Positions 55,770-64,000 of a DNA stretch of 64,000 nt are shown in pieces. Origin of the DNA: Selaginella moellendorffii (lineage: Eukaryota > Plantae > Lycopodiophyta); contig NW_003314304.1 in NCBI RefSeq assembly GCF_000143415.4, positions 988,047-1,052,046 on the forward strand, in the 5' to 3' direction. Each line of letters begins with the position of its first letter. The stretch's first letter is position 1. The notes below the pieces were generated by a model. That model was not told where the DNA came from and did not search any database. It saw only the letters and a list, made by a program, of their open reading frames with translations. The translations under genes and the position numbers were made by a program.

Positions 55770-56350
55770 GTGTTTAAGTCAAAGTGAATGTGAAAAAAGA
55801 GTTAGTTATCATCCTTTCCTCCTCTTCTAATTCAAGTGGAAAATTTATGCTAGTGTCTGCCCCAAATTCATGAGCTTCATCTTTAATAATATTCAAAGTT
55901 ATTAGTAATGCTTTCCACTTTTCCCACTTCTCAGTCAACATACACTTATTTCTATATAAACCCATGAGTGAGCTTCCATCCTACTACAACAATAATATCT
56001 TCTTTGATCTAAAGCCTTTTATCAACAACATTAGTTCTAAACGAAAAGGGATGGAGACTAAGTAGGATGTCTAAAACTAGTGTAAGATCAAGACCACACA
56101 CTTCTAACATTTTGAACAATATTTATAGTTCATTGTGGTAAGCATTTAAATTGCATGGATGAAATATATAATCAAAATAGCTATAGAAATTTTATATTTT
56201 TTGAAGAGTCTACAATCAATCCTCTTGCCCATGACACTATTATTATTGGATTCAAGTGTTGGTTTTGCAAGAATTTTCCTTTATATTGTACCATTTACAA
56301 GGTCAAGATATACTACTTCCTTTTGTGGGATAGAGTGGTTGGAAGAGATG
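55770..56350 (+). pseudogene. Truncated GCM-finger transposase remnant (inner element)
   Basis: SKRKGMETK*DV*N*CKIKTTHF and STINPLAHDTIIIGFKCWFCKNFPLYCTIYKVKIYYFLLW match 32590-32950. Confidence 0.8.
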
Positions 56351-59300
56351 AAGTCTCTTATTTTTTCTTTACTTTTGTTGCATTTTAATGTTATCTTTTT
56401 CATTAGAACCAACCACTTGAGGACTTTATATACACCATAATTATGAATCTCTCCAAGAGTAAGCACTGGAGTTAGTATTATTTTGAAGCAGGGAAAAGGA
56501 AGATAAATCTGTATAAAACATATTTATTGGATTTGATATATGCTATAGAGTAGTCTTCAAAAGCATTATCATTCGAAGAAGGAAGATACTAAGAACAAGG
56601 CCTTCTGTTGAGATGTTACACAATAGGATAAAGAAGAAACTGACTCCACTAGCTCAAGAAGTGGCAACTATAGTTGAGAAAGTGGTTCGTAGCACATCTA
56701 TAGAGTACAATTCTCAAGCTTCTATTAGTGACATAAAAACTGTTCACTGAAAGTGTTGTTTTTATAGAAAATAGAGAATACACAATTGTTATTCAATACT
56801 TTCCTTGCACATAACCAAACTTTATTAAGCACAAGAAATATAGAAAGGCATAGGAAGCATATATATATTACATTTTCATCAACACTTTACACTAAGATCT
56901 TAAAGTGGACATTCATATATACCAAGCAAGATTTACTACTGCTAAGTTGTAAGACTTTTGGAGCTAATAATACTATCGATATTTATTCTCTATAGGTGAA
57001 ATACACTTTTTATACTTTATATAATTAATAATAAAACATTCATTTCATTTCATATACTTCCAAGTTTTCTTTTTACAATACTATCTGTAATACTAATGTG
57101 TCTTTGTTTTTGTCTTTACAATCTCAAAATATATTTCATAGTAATTTGAGGCCATAATATTGCAATATGTTGCAAGAGTGTATATGCTATTGTATTGATT
57201 GTTGCCACTGTTTCCACCAAAAGTTAGAAAATAGATAGGGCATTTCTTGAAAAACATGGAATTATAATTTTTTTAAATAAATAAGAGGGCATTTTTTTCA
57301 CCTAAATTGTTGCACTCTTTATTATTGTGTTTATCTCTAATATATGATCATTATTTTCATTATCCTTTTTTTCTATCTTTTATATGGTTTGGATGTGTTA
57401 TGCAATAGGATGAATATTGCAGCTCTTAGTCCTTGAATTACTACCCTGAAAAAAAAGATTTCAAGAGTTGAAACTACCAACATTAGAACTATTTTATTTT
57501 ATGTTTTGGCGAACTTAAATAAAATAACATATAGTAAATATTTATACTTTTAGACAAGAAGCCTCCTCTAAAATAGTTTTATCTATATAAAATGTAGAGA
57601 GTTATGAAAATATAGCATAAAGTTAGGTTTTCTATAACCTTAATTTTTTAAAATTTATAATATTTGTATTAAATTGTAATTGAAAATTGAGCTCAACTCA
57701 CGAACTCAACTTTTCAACTCATGAGCTCAAGAGTGGTCCACGCTCTCAAGTGGGAAGGCCCGGGAGACATGATCCGAGAAATCCCACTATGTCGATTCAC
57801 TCAAACAAGCATCGTTTGCTCTGCTTCACTGCACTTCGTCAACATAGACATTTACTCAGTGTCACCGGAAATCGAGAGGGTTTGGGATGACATTTGGAAA
57901 ATGAAGTCCTGCGAATTTGACAACATGCTTATGAGCCATTCTGAGACTCAACAATTTGTGGGGAAAATGTTCTACATTATTGACGGGAATCATTGCTGGT
58001 GTGCGTGGATGAAGTGCATCAATGAATGCTTCCGAGACGATCCTGTCTATCACATCAATGTTCCAGTTGGACATGTACATGTGAGAGGATCTCTAGATGT
58101 GGCAAGGCTTGTGATAGGTTGCCACAAAATTAATGTGTAAGTACCTCTCCTTCTTCAATCACTTTTAACAATTTGTGTTTTGTAGGCTGGGATAATTTGT
58201 AGTGCAGAAACAAAGCCTAGTATATGATATCGAGTAGATCCGGTTTCTTGCCAATCTCGACAAGGATGCAATCCACAGCCACTATGGTGATGATTTAGTA
58301 TCATTTATTCGGCATCAATGAAGTCCTCAAGATGCCAAAAGATGGTACAAGAATCCAGTGGCTTTTATGACAGCTATGTGGAGTAAGGTATGTTCTTCCA
58401 AGTATACTTCTTATCATAAAATGTTTGTGTTGTCTTCAGCCATTGGTGAAGGTTAAGCAAGATGCATATGCACAGTCGCATCAAGCTAAAAATGATCAAG
58501 AACTCTTGGAGCATTTAGTTGCAATTGACAAGAAAATCAACAACACAAAAAAGACAAAGGTAAAGAAATTACTTAGTGTGGTTGACCCTCGATGCCCAAA
58601 GGAGTGGTTTAATATTATAATAGAGATTGCTTGTCATGAAAGTAAGTATTGTTTGCATTTACATGAAGGTTACTTACAAAAGTTATTTCTTAGTGGGCAA
58701 GACTCTAGATAAGATTATTTACAACATCTCAAAGTCAAAGCTTACATATGAGGAACATATACACATTCTGAATAACCTCAATAGCAGACTTAGGGAAGAA
58801 GATAAAGGTTTGGACAGTATGATGGAGACTGTGATGAGGAGGACCGTCTACATTTCACAAACTGTATATAAAGGGGAGATGTTTCTAGCACCTTTCATAG
58901 GGGATGATCCTAAGCAACTTCCATTCAAGGAATTCGTCACCACTAAACTTACAAAACTCGGAGAGGACTGGCTACCAAAGAAGGCCACAAGCACAACTCC
59001 ATTTGATAAACAACTTGGCCAACCTTACTTCATGCGTCGAGCAGCTTTCAAGTAACATACAATTTCTCAACTATACTCAATTTATTTATATTCTATTATA
59101 GGTATCTCCAATATAGAGGCATTCCTCTTGAAACACCGGTATGCACAAAACTCCTAAGGCATGGTGTGAGAGATGGAGGCATATACCTGACAACAATGAA
59201 GTTTCCAGCAGCAATAAAGCAAGCTTGGGAATTGGAGATGCCAAATTATGCACCAACCTACTGAGAGGTTGCAAGAGGCAACAATGAAGATGTGCCGGAT

Positions 59301-61024
59301 GACGAAGATGATGGCCATGAGAATGTCGACATTGTTGGTGCCAATGGCGAGGAGAGTGAAGATGGCGGTGAGAATGACTTGCAAGAAATTCCTCAAGATG
59401 AAGTCAAGCAAGAGAACTAGAACGTCCAAGAAGTTCTACCTCGACAAAAGCATGCAAATCCACATCTGGAGGAATTAGTCAACAGTGATGATGATCGTCT
59501 AAGACATCCCTATAAACGAGGAACTTCTCGAGGTATATTTCTTTTAATTCTCTCCTTCTCTTAGTTCCTCAAAATGGTTGCAGCAAAAATTGTCGGGAGT
59601 AACTTCATTCCAGCTTGTCTTGATGCCTAAGAAGAGGATCTGGAGGAACTTATATCTACCACACACCACATGACAGTATGTAAATCTTTCTTAAGTTCAC
59701 ATCTTATCTTTGTCTTCTCCCCCTAGATTCACCCTATTTCTTTAGTGGCATTCTGTGGTGAAGTTGGGATCTTTATTGGCTGCTACAGTTCATTGATAGC
59801 ATCTTTTGAGGAGGATGCTGAGAATATGGCTATCCGGCAAAAGTGGGAGCGCTTTTGTCAAAAGATCCATAGGCGACCACTCAAGAGCACAAACTTCATG
59901 CTCTTTGATATGCCAGATGGTCTTCCAGATGTTAATGGTGATGTCCCAAGCTGGAACAACCTGACTAAAGACCACTTGAAGGATGCTTTCCTTTTGGTAG
60001 CAATTCTCCTTCACACAACTGGTCAAGTTGTCTTCATTCTCCCGAATGACCTCTATTGGATGTCCTGCCTTATGAGGTATGCAACTCAAGTCAACTTCAA
60101 GAGGTTCTCTTCCGGGTGCATCATGGATAGTGTTGGGGTCGAGACCAAAGGTGTCCTAGACATGCCAGAGAAGGTAAGAAATCATCTTCTATTTTGGTTG
60201 TCTCTAAAGTTTTATTATTCAGGTTATGATGTGGATCTACCATGTGTTCTGCAAAAGAGAAAATGACGGTTTTCATGATAGCAAACGTGCTGCAAGGGTT
60301 TTACCAGGGTATGATAGCTTTATTGACATCATACCAAATCTCGTAGATGACGACATCCGCAACACATTGTCTGGGTATCGGTTCCGATCTCCATCGGCAA
60401 TGCATGTCCTACTTGAGCTTTATTGCCCAACTAGAGGTGTTGTCATCGATTGCACAGCAAGTAGTGGTTCGATGGTCGAAGCAGCACATGACTTTGGTAG
60501 GTCGGTGTTTACGATTGAAGAATATGAGTTCTTCAAATGCTATCTTAGAGGTTTTCATCCTTCTCTATCAGTTGCTTCTAGGAGGTAATTTATAATGTTT
60601 TAAAAACTTATATATAATATATATTTAGTTTTCTAAAAGTCTTCCTAGGTATGCATGGCACATCATATGCAATGTGTAAATTGAGGAGTGGTATGAAAAA
60701 TCTATTTATTAATGATACATTAAAAGACAATTGAATACATCCACTTATAATAAGAAAGATGTGTCACATGTCAATGTGATAATGATTGTGATAGTGAGAG
60801 TGTTAGTGTAGCAAATAGTGACAGTGATAGTGTCAATGACAAAGACAGTGTCAATGTCAGAGATGACAGAGTTACAGTTTCAATTTGTCAAATTTCATAA
60901 TTACTAGTATTATGAGTTTATTATCTATAGGTAATACAATTTTGTTAATAAAAAAAAGGCGAGAGGGGGGGGGGGGGGATGGATAATATCATAGTGTAAG
61001 AATTATTAGTAGCTAGAATTTTCA

Positions 61025-61569
61025 ATAGGATGGCCTAAAAATACCATATTCAGCACTTGTGGATGTAGTATTTACTAACGAAATATTGTTCCTCACAATG
61101 AAATGATAATGGTTGTGTGTTCTTAACTCTTTCTTGATTTTCTTATACGTCCATTTATGCACACTTTTCACACCAGTTCTTGGGCAATTGTGACAGTGTT
61201 CTAAAAAAGCTTCTAAACCATACAGCCTTCCATTTTATTTAAATAAAAGTAGCAGATGGGATACTAGAGATAATATGTGTTCATTCTTTCAAAAGTTTTA
61301 GCCATATCTGGAGCAAGATCTTGAAGAAACATCTGGCATCGCTTTTGAAGGACATGAGGCAATCCATCTTTAGTAGCAACATCTAGAACATTATCTGGAA
61401 GAAGGATCTCTTGTTTAGTCACACTTGGGGCTACAAAAGGAAAAACTTCATAACAATTTTTGTGTGGTGGGAAGGGTGGAATGTTGGTAAAAGTTGGAGA
61501 CAGAGGTGGAGACTCATATGAAATGCATAGGGGCCAAGTGTGAGTAGCAATAGCATTTTCCCTAGCCAT
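61025..61569 (-). pseudogene. Small Cys/His accessory gene, copy 1 (outer element)
   Basis: SPPLSPT..MFLQDLAPDMA..YPICYFYLNK..EHCHNCPRTG..WTYKKIKKELRTH. Contains a stop and a frameshift. Confidence 0.65.
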
Positions 61570-61839
61570 TCCTACACTCTAAACAAACTGAAATTTCAAT
61601 GTTGAAAGCATCCCTTGTCAGTATTTATACTAAGAAAAGATCTAGGGGTTCTTGAAAGTTTAAATTGTCAGTCTCAAAAATAGGACTTCAGAATTATAAC
61701 AGTGTTAGAACCACTTATATATATAATAATATTTTTATACATGCTAGAATACTATCATTCTCGAAAATATAAGATTCTTCACTTTACTCATAAAGAATTA
61801 AACTTTTGAAAAAACTATACATGACTTTCATATTACATT

Positions 61840-62353
61840 AAAGGGTGGCCTAAATATCCCATATTCAGCACTTATTGATGTAGTGTTCACCAATGGATTA
61901 TTGTTCTCCAACATAAAATTATAATAGCTGTGTGTTTTTAATTCTTCCTTGATTTTCTTATACATTCACACGTGCACACCTTCCAAACCCGCTTTTGGGC
62001 ATTTGTGACAATTCTCAATAAAATTTATCAAACCTATACAACCATCTGTCTTGTTTAAATAAAAGTTGCATATAGGACACTAAAAATAATATATATCTAC
62101 ATTAAGCTCCCCTGCCATATCTGGAGCAAGATTTTGAAGAAAATATTGATATCACTCTTGGAGCATTGGAGGCAATCCAATTCTTTTAACAACATTATAA
62201 GGAAGGAATTTTTGTTCAGTTGCACTCGAGGTCGCAAATGAAAAGGAGGATTGTTGCGTAGAGGTGAAGGTGGATTATTGGTTGAGATTAGAGATGGAGG
62301 TGAAGACTAATATGAAAGGCCTTGGGGACCAAAAGTAAACTTCTTCCTAACCA
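61840..62353 (-). pseudogene. Small Cys/His accessory gene, copy 2 (tandem paralog)
   Basis: CPICNFYLNKTDGC..ENCHKCPKAG..MYKKIKEELKTH..SAEYGIFRP. Confidence 0.65.
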
Positions 62354-63482
62354 TTGCAACACACAAGAAGAATTAAATTTCCCAGCAATAAGAATTCTCT
62401 GATTAATATACTATATTTCAATCTCGAGAATGATATTTTATTATGACATGACAATATATTGAATCATAATTGTTAGTCTCAGTAATTTCAACCTACTATG
62501 AGAGACAAGTGGCTATAGGGTTTCAGAAGCTAAAAGCTAGCATATAATTAATACGGAGCCTTATTTTATATAGCTGGGCTGCTATATATAATAATGGCGA
62601 ATACACACAGGCACGCGAGTATGCCTTTTTGCAAGATTACCTTTCAATCCCAAAATCATATATAAATTTAACTCTTTGATTTGTCCACATCATATATACT
62701 TACACTCTTTACAAAGACAAAACATATAAAAAGGAATAAGATATATATAAAAACTTACATTTTTATAATATTTTAGTGGATTACAAAAACCATTGAAAGG
62801 TTTATAAAGTGGATTTATTAGTGCTTTCCACTGTGTTGTCCATTTCTTCTTTTCTCTTGCTTTGGATTATTGTTTCCGAAGTAATAGGAGCATTTTTAAC
62901 AGGAGCATTTTTTTTTCAATAGTGACAGTGGTCTCCACATTCTCGGATGGGTAATAAAGACCAAGCGTGTAATATAGAGATTGTGGTAGTGAAACAAAAT
63001 TAACATTCTCACATTTCTGTATGCTAGAACTACTTATAGATTTTCTGTCTTCCTTGCTTCCCATCTCTGTAAACCCTAAAGAATGAACAAGTGAATCAGT
63101 GTTTCAAATTATTTATATATTTCTGGTCAATTGTTGAAATGTTAAAATGTTGAAATGTACAATAGAAATTTTAGGTTCATTTAAACTTCAATATTCCCAT
63201 TTTATTTGGGACCAATAAAGCCCAAAAATTTCTATGGGTTCAAACGAACTTCTAATTCTAAAAATAGTATTTTATTGTATAAATTGCATTAGAAAAATTC
63301 AAAAAATAGAAATTTCTCTTAACCATTGATACTTAAATTCATAAATTTCAAATTCACCAAAGAATAACATTTTTCTTACTTAATATTTCCTTATAAGACT
63401 TATGGTTGACTATGTTGACTAGCATTGACTTGAGCTGAATTGAGCTCAACTCGTGAGCTCAACTCAACTTTGGACCATCCCC

Positions 63483-64000
63483 TGGGCCTCCATCTTATAT
63501 TATTTTCCTTGACTATTCGTTAGTACCACAAGGTTCCTACCTTGTCTATGCAGGGCTACCACAAATCGATTGAACTAATCCATCCCGAAGATCACATCAA
63601 ATCCCACCATGTCCAATACAGTGAAATCCATATCTACTTTCTATATCCCTACTTCGACTCTTGCTTATCAAAGTACCTTATCGGCGCTTTAGCTACCTTG
63701 AACAAACTTTATAGTTCTTGGTTAGCCCAACTGTTGCATCGTTAGTCTAGCTTGCTAGACTATATTTGTAGCCACAAAATTATCCGAAACACTCGTGTCA
63801 ATAAAGATTTTAACAAAGCTACCTCTGAGCTTCCCTCGGAGGGCTAGTAGATGTTGTGAATGATTCTCTATTAAAGTTGTTTGTGTAATGAGTAACTTTG
63901 AGTTAGGGACTGGATCACATATCTCAATTTGGATTTCACCCAACTTAATGGCTATATTGACTCTAGCCTTTTTTGGGTAGGGATATTCTTTCGATACTTC
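63483..64000 (-). mobile_element. Ty3/gypsy aspartic protease-region remnant
   Basis: LRGKLRGSFVKIFIDTSVSDNFV (ID[S/T]G..NF-like), followed by a DVIFGMD-like segment. Confidence 0.6.

Larger units (their letters stand above)
51308..57745 (+). mobile_element. Inner, decayed member of the same Mutator-like family
   Basis: TSD TCAAGTGG at 51300-51307 and 57746-57753. Imperfect termini GGGGATGGTCCA / GAGCGTGGACCA with GAGTTGAGCTCA subterminal motifs. Confidence 0.85.
49841..60588 (+). pseudogene. Spliced gene: Pro-rich N-terminus, ParB-like domain, acidic linker, beta-class N4/N6 DNA methyltransferase-like domain; split by two insertions
   Basis: Frame is restored across the TRIM and the inner MULE. 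Motifs: FYIIDGNHCWCAW; FMLFDMPDG..SWN...LLHTTGQVVF; RSPSAMHVLLELYCPTRGVVIDCTASSGSMVEAAHDFGRSVFTIE. About 50-bp GT-AG introns and a few in-frame stops. Confidence 0.72.
31425..63482 (-). mobile_element. Outer Mutator-like element (~10.6 kb after removing nested inserts; left end truncated)
   Basis: Terminus GGGGATGGTCCAAAGTTGAGTTGAGCTCA (reverse complement ending at 63482) matches the terminus at 51308. Module order is the same as in the inner copy. Confidence 0.7.

Noticed and set aside
57754-60588. Bacterial or phage contamination as the source of ParB-MTase
   Set aside because: The gene has host-sized spliceosomal introns and is interleaved with plant TEs.
30780-64000. RT at 31 kb and protease at 63.8 kb as halves of one gypsy element split by the MULE
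   Set aside because: Both are on the same strand, but an LTR/PBS piece abuts the RT, and no left terminus or matching TSD was found.

Overview
Eukaryotic nuclear DNA from a compact vascular-plant genome. Introns of about 50 bp, a flagellar gene, a PLS-class PPR gene and two 100-N scaffold gaps suggest the lycophyte Selaginella (inference). The left ~26 kb is gene-dense: CFAP61, MCAT, an intronless divergent Sec61-alpha, an acidic UIM/AIM-like ORF, PEX6, a group-3 LEA, a kinase-less LRR receptor, a SAPS/PP6 regulatory subunit, a PPR gene and an SPL8-clade SBP gene. The right ~35 kb is a nested transposon cluster. Removing the nested inserts by hand (using TSDs and restored reading frames) reveals a ~10.6 kb Mutator-like element, ~31.4-63.48 kb. 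It carries (i) a WRKY/GCM-finger MULE transposase, (ii) a GC-rich palindromic array, (iii) a divergently transcribed, spliced gene that fuses a ParB-like domain to a prokaryote-type beta-class (N4/N6) DNA methyltransferase, and (iv) small Cys/His genes. A second, decayed member of the same family is inserted inside it (51308-57745) with the same module order. Other inserts are two non-autonomous Ty3/gypsy LTR elements, a complete Cassandra TRIM with 5S-derived LTRs plus an old decayed copy, and an inverted TRIM dimer. All TE genes appear pseudogenised. Exon boundaries were read by eye and no database searches were run.
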